A stretch of DNA of 32,000 nt from an archaeon (GTDB lineage: Archaea > Nanobdellota > Nanobdellia > Pacearchaeales > GW2011-AR1): positions 973 to 32,972 of the forward strand of contig JBDRMT010000004.1 of the NCBI GenBank assembly GCA_043811855.1. Direction: 5' to 3'. The translations under genes and the position numbers were made by a program. The notes under the pieces were generated by a model. It searched no databases and had not been told where the DNA came from. It worked only from the letters and a program-made list of their open reading frames with translations. Positions 24,708-32,000 of the stretch are shown here, in pieces (position 1 is the stretch's first letter; each line of letters begins with the position of its first letter).

Positions 24708-25007
24708 TTGGAAAGAAAAATAAATAATATGATTGAGTATCCTAAGGAAGGAGTTTTAAGTAAAGATATAATAAAAAATGAAAAATTAAATGTAAGTTTG
24801 TTTTGCATGGCAAAAGGAACAGATATAGGAGATCATACTTCAACAAAACAAGGCCATGTTTATGTTGTTGAAGGAAAGGGTATATTTAATTTAGAAGGTG
24901 AAGATATTGAAATGAAACCAGGGGTTTTTATATTTATGAAAGAAAATGCAGTTCATTCTCTTAAAGCAGAAGATGACACTTCATTTATACTTTCATTGGT
25001 AAGTTAA
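24708..25007 (+). CDS. Small cupin-domain protein
   Basis: GDHTSTKQGHVYVVEGKG...GEDIEMKPGVFIFMKENAVHSL is the two-motif cupin pattern. The TTG start at 24708 has AAAGGAG 10 nt upstream. The alternative ATG at 24729 has no SD. Confidence 0.65.
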   Translation: MERKINNMIEYPKEGVLSKDIIKNEKLNVSLFCMAKGTDIGDHTSTKQGHVYVVEGKGIFNLEGEDIEMKPGVFIFMKENAVHSLKAEDDTSFILSLVS

Positions 25008-25008
25008 A

Positions 25009-25386
25009 ATGGCAAAAATTGATAAAAATATTACTTTTTCAGAATTAATGAAAGAACATCCAGAAGCAGTTGAGGTCTTAATGGAAGCTGGGATGCATTG
25101 TATAGGTTGTCCTGCATCGATGTTTGAAACTTTAGAACAAGGTGCAATAGCTCATGGAACAAATCCAGATGAGCTTGTTAAAAAAATAAATAATAATATC
25201 AAGGGTAAGAAAGATGTTAAGAAAAAAGAAACAAAAAAAAGTACTAGTAATTCAAAAACAAAGGGACGAGAATTATCTAAGACTAGCGAAAATAAGAGTA
25301 GTTTAAAAGATACTAAGAAGAAAAAGTTAAGTGAAGAAGAAATTGAAAAAAAATGGAAGGAGAGAATGAAAAATGGCTGTAAATAA
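25009..25386 (+). CDS. DUF1858-type small redox/disulfide domain protein with a long Lys-rich tail
   Basis: ITFSELMKEHPEAVEVLMEAGMHCIGCPASMFETLEQGAIAHG matches the DUF1858 (hybrid-cluster-protein-associated CxxC) domain. The C-terminal 65 residues are K/S/E-rich low complexity. Confidence 0.65.
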   Translation: MAKIDKNITFSELMKEHPEAVEVLMEAGMHCIGCPASMFETLEQGAIAHGTNPDELVKKINNNIKGKKDVKKKETKKSTSNSKTKGRELSKTSENKSSLKDTKKKKLSEEEIEKKWKERMKNGCK

Positions 25387-25801
25387 ATTTGAAACTTACA
25401 ATAAGGAAGTAATGAAGAGATTTATGAATCCTAAAAATATGGGAGAAATAAAAAATCCAGATGGAATTGGGCAAGTTGGAAACATGAAATGTGGAGATAT
25501 AATGAAAGTTTATCTTAAAATGGATAAAGATAAAAAGAAAATAAAAGATATAAAGTTTCAGACTTTTGGTTGTGTTGCAGCTATTGCAAGTTCTGATGCT
25601 TTATGTGATGCTGCAAAAGGAAAGACAATTGCACAAGCTAAAAAGATTAGTAATGATGATATTATAAAAGAGCTTGGTAATCTTCCTATTATAAAACTGC
25701 ATTGTTCTGTTTTAGGAGCTGGTGCATTAAAAGCTGCTATTGCAAATTATGAAGGTGTTGAATATAAAGAAAAAGAACATGATCATAAATGTGTAGGTTA
25801 A
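25373..25801 (+). CDS. iscU: Fe-S cluster scaffold protein IscU/NifU N-terminal type
   Basis: NPKNMGEI..GNMKCGD, FQTFGCVAAIASS and KLHCSVL contain the three conserved cluster-ligand Cys. SD AGGAG is upstream. It overlaps the previous gene by 14 nt. Confidence 0.9.
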   Translation: MAVNKFETYNKEVMKRFMNPKNMGEIKNPDGIGQVGNMKCGDIMKVYLKMDKDKKKIKDIKFQTFGCVAAIASSDALCDAAKGKTIAQAKKISNDDIIKELGNLPIIKLHCSVLGAGALKAAIANYEGVEYKEKEHDHKCVG

Positions 25802-25941
25802 TATTTTTTGAGTATTCTTTATTGTAGTAATAATTAAATACTGATAATTTGATTGATTGAGTATTAATAACTTACACAATTATAAGAGAAGTCTTGCGTG
25901 TTTGATTTGAAGGATACTAATAAAAATTAAAAAACTATAAA

Positions 25942-27192
25942 ATGGAAAATCAAGAAGTATTTGATAGTATAAGAAAGAGACTTGAAAAAGTTTCTGAATT
26001 TATGAAGCTTAGCAAGGAAGAAGTAGATTTGCTTTTAAAACATGAAAAAGTTAGTTATGCTGTTCTTGATGTTAATGGGAAAAATTATGATGCTTGGAGA
26101 ATATTACATAGTAATGCTTTAGGTCCTGGAAAGGGTGGAATAAGATTTCATCCAGATGTTTCAGAAGACGAAGTTAAATCTTTAAGTTTTTGGATGAGTC
26201 TTAAAACAAGCTTGCTTGGATTACCTTTGGGAGGAGGTAAGGGAGGAGTAAGATTTAATCCAAAAGAAGTTAATCAAGAAGAACTAGAACAAATTTCTCG
26301 TGCTTATGTTAGAGCATTTTCAGATGTTATTGGAGCTGATAAGGATATTCCTGCTCCAGATGTTTATACTAACAGCCAGACAATGGCTTGGATGTTAGAT
26401 GAATATGAAAAAATAAAAAATAAAAATGAGCCTGGAATGATTACTGGAAAACCTTTAGAATTAGGTGGAATTGCATTAAGAACAGATTCAACTTCAAAAG
26501 GAGGATTTATTGTTTTAAAAGATTTTTTGGAAAAAGTTGGAGAAGATTCTAAAGATATTAAGATTGCTATTCAAGGTTTTGGAAATGCAGGCTCATACAT
26601 AGGAGAAATGCTAGAAAATGAGGGTTATAAGGTTGTTGCTGTTAGTGATAGTAAAGGGGGGGTTTACAAAGAAGATGGATTAGATGTTGTAGAAATATCT
26701 AATTTAAAGAAAGAAGGGAAAAGTGTTGTAGATTATGATGCTGAAAAGATTTCTAATTCAGAATTATTAGAATTAGGTGTTGATATTTTAATTTTAGCTG
26801 CCTTGGAAAATCAAATTACTTCTGAAAATGCAGATAATATCAAGGCTAAATATATTTTAGAATTAGCAAATGGCCCTATAGATTCAGAAGCTGATGAAAT
26901 TCTATTTAAAAAAGATATTGTAGTTATCCCTGATATTTTAGCAAATGCTGGAGGCGTTGTTGTTAGTTATTTTGAATGGTCACAAAATAAAGTTGGAAAT
27001 ATTTTAGAAGAAGAATTTCTAAAAAATAAATTAACTGAATACATGAAAAATGCTTTTAATAAAGTTTATAAATTATATGAAGAAAATAAAGAGGATTTAA
27101 GTATGAGAGAAGCAGCTTATGTCTTTGCTATAGAGAGAATTCTTAATGCAGAAAGGGTTAGAGGAAATCTATCAAAAAGAGAATCTATCTAA
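25942..27192 (+). CDS. gdhA: Glutamate dehydrogenase (Glu/Leu/Phe/Val dehydrogenase family)
   Basis: GPGKGGIRFHP, the GLPLGGGKGG catalytic-Lys region, and the Rossmann motif IQGFGNAG. Confidence 0.9.
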   Translation: MENQEVFDSIRKRLEKVSEFMKLSKEEVDLLLKHEKVSYAVLDVNGKNYDAWRILHSNALGPGKGGIRFHPDVSEDEVKSLSFWMSLKTSLLGLPLGGGKGGVRFNPKEVNQEELEQISRAYVRAFSDVIGADKDIPAPDVYTNSQTMAWMLDEYEKIKNKNEPGMITGKPLELGGIALRTDSTSKGGFIVLKDFLEKVGEDSKDIKIAIQGFGNAGSYIGEMLENEGYKVVAVSDSKGGVYKEDGLDVVEISNLKKEGKSVVDYDAEKISNSELLELGVDILILAALENQITSENADNIKAKYILELANGPIDSEADEILFKKDIVVIPDILANAGGVVVSYFEWSQNKVGNILEEEFLKNKLTEYMKNAFNKVYKLYEENKEDLSMREAAYVFAIERILNAERVRGNLSKRESI

Positions 27193-27781
27193 ATCTTGAT
27201 GTTAAAAGTTTTGCTAGGTAATATGCAGAACCAAAAACAACTATTCCTGGTAAGAGTGCTATTCCAACAGTAGGTGCTAAAACACTTGCTCCAACAACAC
27301 CTATTGCTCCTGCTCCAACTGATTCTAAAATATCAACCATTTGAGGTACTGATTTTTCAACATTTTTTTGTAATGCATCAATCTGCATTATCATTTTTCC
27401 TTTTTGAAGAATTTTAATTTTTTTATCTTCTTCAGAGACTAAAACTACTAGATTATCATTTTTAGCAGCACTTATTGCAGCACTATGTCTTGTTCCAAAA
27501 TTCTTAATAGTCTTTGTAGTTTTTATCATAACTCCATATGCTTCTAAAAATCCATCTGGTTTTATTATTACTGCACCATCAATCATAGCAAGGGATTCTA
27601 ATAATTTTGAATTTTCATTTATCTTAAAAGAAGGAACTTTTTGTTCAATAAGAGGTTTATAACTAATTTCTCCAACAACAAACAATGCACCTTCTCCTCT
27701 TTTTGCAATTCTCAAACCTGTTTCTATAAGAATTTCTTGGAGTTCTTTTAAAGTTATTTTTTTGTTTTTTGTTTTTTTCAT
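27185..27781 (-). CDS. DisA_N (diadenylate cyclase, DAC) domain protein with a C-terminal hydrophobic anchor
   Basis: GALFVVGE, MIDGAVIIKPDG (DGA motif), FGTRHSAAISAA (RHR position reads RHS) and VLVSEED. The C-terminal GAGAIGVVGASVLAPTVGIALLPGIVVFGSAYYLA is TM-like. Its 3' end overlaps the gdh 3' end by 8 nt. Confidence 0.7.
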   Translation of the reverse strand: MKKTKNKKITLKELQEILIETGLRIAKRGEGALFVVGEISYKPLIEQKVPSFKINENSKLLESLAMIDGAVIIKPDGFLEAYGVMIKTTKTIKNFGTRHSAAISAAKNDNLVVLVSEEDKKIKILQKGKMIMQIDALQKNVEKSVPQMVDILESVGAGAIGVVGASVLAPTVGIALLPGIVVFGSAYYLAKLLTSRFR

Positions 27782-27784
27782 TTT

Positions 27785-27825
27785 ATAACTAGAAAACCTT
27801 GGTTTTTATATGTTTTTCTAGTTAT
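27785..27825. promoter_or_regulatory. 12-bp perfect inverted repeat ATAACTAGAAAA-N17-TTTTCTAGTTAT flanking a TATA-like spacer, just upstream of the DAC-like gene
   Basis: Read directly. The spacer ccttggtttttatatgt carries the TATA-like element. The repeat begins 4 nt from the ATG at 27781. Confidence 0.45.
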
Positions 27826-27926
27826 TAATTTAACTGGTAATTTATAAATCTGATGGATTAGAGTAGTGAAGCTGATTAAGAATTATTCAAGTAGTTATAT
27901 TATAAATTCCTAATACTTAAAACTAA

Positions 27927-29033
27927 TCAATAAATCAAAGAAAGATCATTAATTCTCTTTTTGAACTGCTTTTTTAAAACTAAAAAAGGATTATTTAATC
28001 CTTCAATACTTGGAATAAGTAATGCATGTTGAATTCCTATTTTTCCATAATGCAATAAGTGCAAGCCACTTTGGTTTTTTATAAAATCATTTACTTCATA
28101 AAATCCTTTTAAATAAATAATATCTTTTGTAAAAGCTCCTGGTTTGCTTGTGTCTTTAATTCCTCTTTTAACTCTTACTGCAATGTCCCATGCTTTTTCT
28201 TTGTCAAAAAGATCTATAAGAAAATTATAAGTTTCTCTAAAACTTTTATTTAGTGCTGTTTCAACTGCTAATAATCTTGCTGCATAACTTTTTAAACTTT
28301 TTTTATCTAAAAGTCCTGCTTTTTTTTCCTTATACAAGGCAAGTCCTTCTTCTGTTGATTCATAACCTCCAAGACCTATAGAAAATACTTTATAAGGTTG
28401 TTTTAATCCAAACTCTGTTCTTAAAATGTGAGCATAAATCTCGTGAACAACAAATCTTTTTATTTCTCTTTTACTAAAACTTCTGTCTTTTCTCATTATA
28501 AATTTTCTTTTTTCAGGTATAACTACTGCTTTTGAAGCAATCTCATCTTCTTCAACTTCCCATTTAAGATTTAATTCTTTAAAGATTTTTTTAAATTCAG
28601 TAATTGCTTTTTTAGTGGATATACGTCTTTTTGTTTCATGTATTTTTGAGGATTGATAAACAACAAGTTTTTTTGCTTTTTTTAAAAGTTCTTCATTAGG
28701 TCTTGAATAAATTTTTATTGAATAATTAGTTAGTTTGCTCTTTCCTAAATTTTCAATCATCTTTAAGAAGTAATAGGTTTCTTTTGCTTTTTCTTTTAGC
28801 AACTTATCCATAATTGTATTTTTATATTTTAAAGATTTTAATATTTTGTAAGTTTCTTTAAAATTAATTTTTGGAATAGAATATTCAAACTGAGGATTAT
28901 AAGTGTCATCTTTAAAGAATTTTTCTTTTTCTTGTTCAAGATTTATTGGATATAAATTTGTAATATTTATTTGTTTATTTATATCAAATAGAGCATTATC
29001 AATTTTTTGAAGTCTTTTTATTCTGTTTTTCAT
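27927..29033 (-). CDS. DUF1704-family (QEGLA-motif / MATCAP-like) putative metallocarboxypeptidase
   Basis: HEIYAH (HExxxH) followed by GGYESTEEGLALY (the family's QEGLA-type motif). The size of 368 aa fits the family. Confidence 0.7.
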   Translation of the reverse strand: MKNRIKRLQKIDNALFDINKQINITNLYPINLEQEKEKFFKDDTYNPQFEYSIPKINFKETYKILKSLKYKNTIMDKLLKEKAKETYYFLKMIENLGKSKLTNYSIKIYSRPNEELLKKAKKLVVYQSSKIHETKRRISTKKAITEFKKIFKELNLKWEVEEDEIASKAVVIPEKRKFIMRKDRSFSKREIKRFVVHEIYAHILRTEFGLKQPYKVFSIGLGGYESTEEGLALYKEKKAGLLDKKSLKSYAARLLAVETALNKSFRETYNFLIDLFDKEKAWDIAVRVKRGIKDTSKPGAFTKDIIYLKGFYEVNDFIKNQSGLHLLHYGKIGIQHALLIPSIEGLNNPFLVLKKQFKKRINDLSLIY

Positions 29034-29082
29034 TTTCCTCTTTTAATTGCTAGGAAAACAGTGCTTTTAAATTTTTTTTAAA

Positions 29083-31401
29083 TTAAATTTCTCTTAAATA
29101 TCCCCAGCTATGAAGTTTATCAGAATCTTCAAACCATCTTTCACCAATATCATCCCTATAATACATATGAGGAATTTTTATTTGCTGAATTTTTTTATAA
29201 ACATTATCAATTGTCTGCCTCATAGTAGATCCTGTTGCACAAACAATTATAATAACACCTGAACCTCCACATACAAGCCACTGTCCATCTACTTTTTTTA
29301 CATCTTCTATATGAACTCCTTCTACAGCTTTTTTAAAAAATATTACAGAACCTTTTGATTTTAAGTCAAAGGTTTTTTTATCCTTAAATGGAAAAGGGGG
29401 AACAACGATTCTAACTCCTATTTGAAATCCAGATTTTGTTTTTAATTTTGGATCTTCTCCACTTGCAAGCTTGTATAAAAACTCTCCAATAGGAGTTATC
29501 ATTCCTTCCTGTTGAATGCTTATTGTTGGATATCCAAATCTTGCAGTGAATTCTAAAGGATAAATACCATTTGTATTAACAATACAATTCAGGTCTATAT
29601 ATCCAACATATTTTTCTTCTGCAAGTTTTGTTTCTATTTTTTTTAAAGTTTGATTAAACATTTTATTTGGACCTGACCAGAACATTGTGGTATTACCACA
29701 AAAGCATGACTTTCCATTTCTTCTTACATATAAAGTATGATTTGGAACAGTAACACAATAAACTTTTCCCTTATAGTCTATTATTTCAAAATCTCTTTTA
29801 TCTAACCAAGAAACTTTTTTCTTTATTCTTTCTAATACTTCATATTGTGGATGATTTATTTTTGCCCAATGATCTTTAATCCATATCTTGCCCTTTCTAT
29901 TTCTTTCTTTTATAACTCCTATTTTTTCTATTTTTAATAATAATTCTTGAATATCATCAGCAAGGATTTTAGAACTTGTATAAAATATTCTAAACCCATT
30001 ATTAAGATTCCCATCCCCTTTTCCATACCAATCAAGAAAGATATTTATTTGTTCTTTTGTTAATTCTTTTATATAATCTGGAACAAATTTAAGATTAGCT
30101 TTGCCAAATTGTTTTAAATATGTCCATAATTGTTTATGATATACTACAAATTCAAATTTAGTTTCTTTAAAATTAAAAGGAAGTTTTGCAAGCATTTGTT
30201 TAACCTCTTTTTTGTTTTTCACACAAGATATTGAAACTCTATAACCTTTTGAACAACTTCCTTCTGCAATATAAAATCCAAGAAACCTTAACCAATCCTC
30301 CATAACTATAGTGATATCATTAGTTAGTCTTCCTTTTACCTTCTTTCCTTCTCTATGAAACTTTTCAATTGAAGGAAGAATAAAATATTTTTGTTTTTTA
30401 CCAATCCATTTTGCTGTTCTTGGAATAACAAATTGATAAGGTAAATCTTTTGCTTGTGTAAAACCAAAATTTTTATTTCCAACCTTGTATTTATTAGCTT
30501 CAATTCCATACATATTATGATTTAAAGTTACTGCTAAATCAATTGTCTGATTATTAATCATTAATAGCTTTTTATGGTTATTAAGACATACTAAATCAGT
30601 AGGTTTTTGATATTCTATTTCTCCTTTTTTATTTATTGTAACAAATTCATCTCCTTTTATGGTTTCTTTAAAAAATTTCCATCCTTGTTTTGTTAAGACT
30701 TCTGTTTTATCATCATAACAACCCATTTCTCCTGTTGAAGGTCCAAGGTTTCCTGGAAAAAGTTTTTTATGTTCAAAATTAACATTGATTGGATAAATAA
30801 ATTTATCTCCATTAAAAAAAGCTCCTACTCCTACTTCAACCCCTGATATAACTTTCTGCAATTGAAAAACAGGTATTTTTTTAGATAAAACTCTTTTATA
30901 ATCTTCTAAAACTTGAATAACATCTCTTCCATCATCTTCTTCTCCTACAAATAATAAACCTTTTGTGTTTTGAGCTTCACCACTTGGTTTAATTACATAT
31001 TTTCCAGGGTTTTGTTTTACAAACTTTATTGCTTCAGGAAAATTTGTAAACTCTTTATAGGGAATTATATTAATTCCATATTTTTTTAGTTCTTCTTGTC
31101 CAAAAGTCCTGTCATCTTCTAATCTATCTGTGTAGGGTGTTCCTCCAACAACTAGTTTTCCTTTTTTTCTTAATTCTTCTGCTAAACTTCCTTGTCCTAA
31201 AACATCATCAAAAACTATTATGTCTGCCCAATCAATATGTTCATTATAATCTTCAACCTTTTCAACAAAACCATCGCCTACTTCTTTTTCATCTGTATCT
31301 CTAATATAATATTTAACATTATGACCTTCTTTAACTATTTGCCATGCTATATCTCCAATTAAGGCTCCCCATGAAATAAAAAGAAAATTTTTTGGTTCCA
31401 T
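29083..31401 (-). CDS. PurD-like ATP-grasp ligase (phosphoribosylamine-glycine ligase family) interrupted by an intein
   Basis: The exteins total 429 aa. FEHKKLFPGNLGPSTGEMG|...|TTMFWSGP corresponds to the PurD DHKR..D.GPNTGGMGA block. The C-terminal GGSGVIIIVCATGSTMRQTIDNVYKKIQQIKIPHMYYRDDIGERW corresponds to PurD GGRVL.V.A.G...A...AY..I.F.G..YR.DIG. The N-terminus lacks the canonical GGREHA motif. Confidence 0.7.
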   Translation of the reverse strand: MEPKNFLFISWGALIGDIAWQIVKEGHNVKYYIRDTDEKEVGDGFVEKVEDYNEHIDWADIIVFDDVLGQGSLAEELRKKGKLVVGGTPYTDRLEDDRTFGQEELKKYGINIIPYKEFTNFPEAIKFVKQNPGKYVIKPSGEAQNTKGLLFVGEEDDGRDVIQVLEDYKRVLSKKIPVFQLQKVISGVEVGVGAFFNGDKFIYPINVNFEHKKLFPGNLGPSTGEMGCYDDKTEVLTKQGWKFFKETIKGDEFVTINKKGEIEYQKPTDLVCLNNHKKLLMINNQTIDLAVTLNHNMYGIEANKYKVGNKNFGFTQAKDLPYQFVIPRTAKWIGKKQKYFILPSIEKFHREGKKVKGRLTNDITIVMEDWLRFLGFYIAEGSCSKGYRVSISCVKNKKEVKQMLAKLPFNFKETKFEFVVYHKQLWTYLKQFGKANLKFVPDYIKELTKEQINIFLDWYGKGDGNLNNGFRIFYTSSKILADDIQELLLKIEKIGVIKERNRKGKIWIKDHWAKINHPQYEVLERIKKKVSWLDKRDFEIIDYKGKVYCVTVPNHTLYVRRNGKSCFCGNTTMFWSGPNKMFNQTLKKIETKLAEEKYVGYIDLNCIVNTNGIYPLEFTARFGYPTISIQQEGMITPIGEFLYKLASGEDPKLKTKSGFQIGVRIVVPPFPFKDKKTFDLKSKGSVIFFKKAVEGVHIEDVKKVDGQWLVCGGSGVIIIVCATGSTMRQTIDNVYKKIQQIKIPHMYYRDDIGERWFEDSDKLHSWGYLREI
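29692..30720 (-). mobile_element. Intein (343 aa) with a LAGLIDADG homing-endonuclease domain
   Basis: It begins CYDDKTEVLT (Cys1 at residue 228). Block B is AVTLNH. The two LAGLIDADG motifs are LGFYIAEGS and FLDWYGKGDGN. It ends VYCVTVPNHTLYVRRNGKSCFCGN followed by Thr+1. I checked the coordinates against the codons (tgt at 30720-30718, aat at 29694-29692). Confidence 0.85.
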
Positions 31402-31587
31402 ATTGTTTTTAGTTAAAATTAGTACTCATTTTTTAGTATGTTAATGTATTAATAAAACTGTTGAAGCAAAGCTAATGCTACTATTATCTAAATCTTTTGA
31501 ATATTTTTCTATTAATATATAGATTTTTTGCTTAACCATTTCTAAGTTTTTAATAATATTTAGTTTATAAATCCTTCTAATTTGTTT

Positions 31588-32000
31588 TTACATATCTAAT
31601 ATATCCTGAATTATAGGAAGTTCTTTTTTCTTATATTTCTTAACTAGGAAATAAACAACATAATAGCTTATTATAGTTAGAATTGCTGTTACAATTAAAT
31701 TTCCTATTAAGTATCTAAATGTAAATCTAAATATTTCATTTAATATCTCTATCTTGAAAAAAGTTACAGGAAAGTCTCCTAATATAAAATCTCCAATTGC
31801 TAAATATAAAGGTATTAAAACTGTTAATAATAAAGGGTTCCATACAATAAAAGCTAATAGTAATGAAATTTTGCTTATTTTTTTGTAAACTAAAATAACT
31901 AAAGCTATAATTAAAGGGTCTAATACTAAGGTAGGTAGTAAAGCTATTGCAGTTCCAATTGCAAAACCTAATGCTATTTCATGAGTGGTTGTTTTTAGTT
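31588..32000 (-). CDS. DUF2062-like integral membrane protein; 5' end outside the window
   Basis: My translation is ...TTHEIALGFAIGTAIALLPTLVLDPLIIALVILVYKKISKISLLLAFIVWNPLLLTVLIPLYLAIGDF...KKYKKKELPIIQDILDM*. The HEIALGFAIG motif and several TM segments support it. It is not in the ORF track because it runs off the edge. Confidence 0.6.
   Translation of the reverse strand, partial: LKTTTHEIALGFAIGTAIALLPTLVLDPLIIALVILVYKKISKISLLLAFIVWNPLLLTVLIPLYLAIGDFILGDFPVTFFKIEILNEIFRFTFRYLIGNLIVTAILTIISYYVVYFLVKKYKKKELPIIQDILDM

Noticed and set aside
29083-31401. Treating the ATP-grasp gene as evidence for de novo purine biosynthesis
   Set aside because: There are no other pur genes in the window, and the N-terminal GGREHA motif is absent. 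I kept only the family-level call (PurD-like ATP-grasp).
1-32000. CRISPR arrays, rRNA or tRNA genes, transposases or integrases
   Set aside because: I saw no regularly spaced direct repeats, no long GC-rich structured segments, and no ORF with DDE, tyrosine-recombinase or serine-recombinase motifs. The only clearly mobile feature is the intein.

Overview
Visibly AT-rich, gene-dense window of about 45 CDS with no rRNA, tRNA or CRISPR array that I could recognise. It most likely comes from a small-genome archaeon (DPANN-like). The clues are three TrmB-family regulators, AAAGG+TATA elements about 25 nt upstream of several ATGs (leaderless style), Shine-Dalgarno-led internal operon genes, and a LAGLIDADG intein. 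All protein calls rest on motifs I recognised by eye in the supplied translations; no search was run.

Layout:
(1) 1-14006 is a branched-chain-amino-acid-type (LIV) ABC uptake locus. It has six membrane-anchored LivJ-type binding proteins but only one LivH, one LivM and one LivG, and no LivF. Three of the binding-protein genes sit in repeated divergent SBP<->TrmB modules. A VapBC pair lies between modules 1 and 2. A cassette of wHTH-nucleotidyltransferase/HEPN, a 45-codon ORF and a NYN RNase is wedged between livM and livG.
(2) 14066-20141 holds small Cys-rich or Zn-ribbon proteins, HtpX, a PEBP protein, two paralogous small charged proteins, membrane proteins, and LemA followed by a 447-aa protein with a SEC-C tail.
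(3) 20233-27192 is housekeeping: ferredoxin, PRPP synthetase, a frameshifted glgC, an ArsR-iscS-cupin-DUF1858-iscU operon, and glutamate dehydrogenase.
(4) 27185-32000 holds a tail-anchored diadenylate-cyclase-like protein, a DUF1704/MATCAP-family metallopeptidase next to a PurD-like ATP-grasp ligase split by an intein, and a partial DUF2062 membrane protein.

The most unusual directly visible signals are:
- a perfect 43-bp duplication of the iscS 5' end, bracketing an 84-bp multi-hairpin insert with mutually exclusive pairing options around the iscS SD and ATG;
- the RNase-rich cassette co-oriented inside the liv operon;
- the repeated SBP-TrmB modules;
- the peptidase/ATP-grasp(intein) pair.
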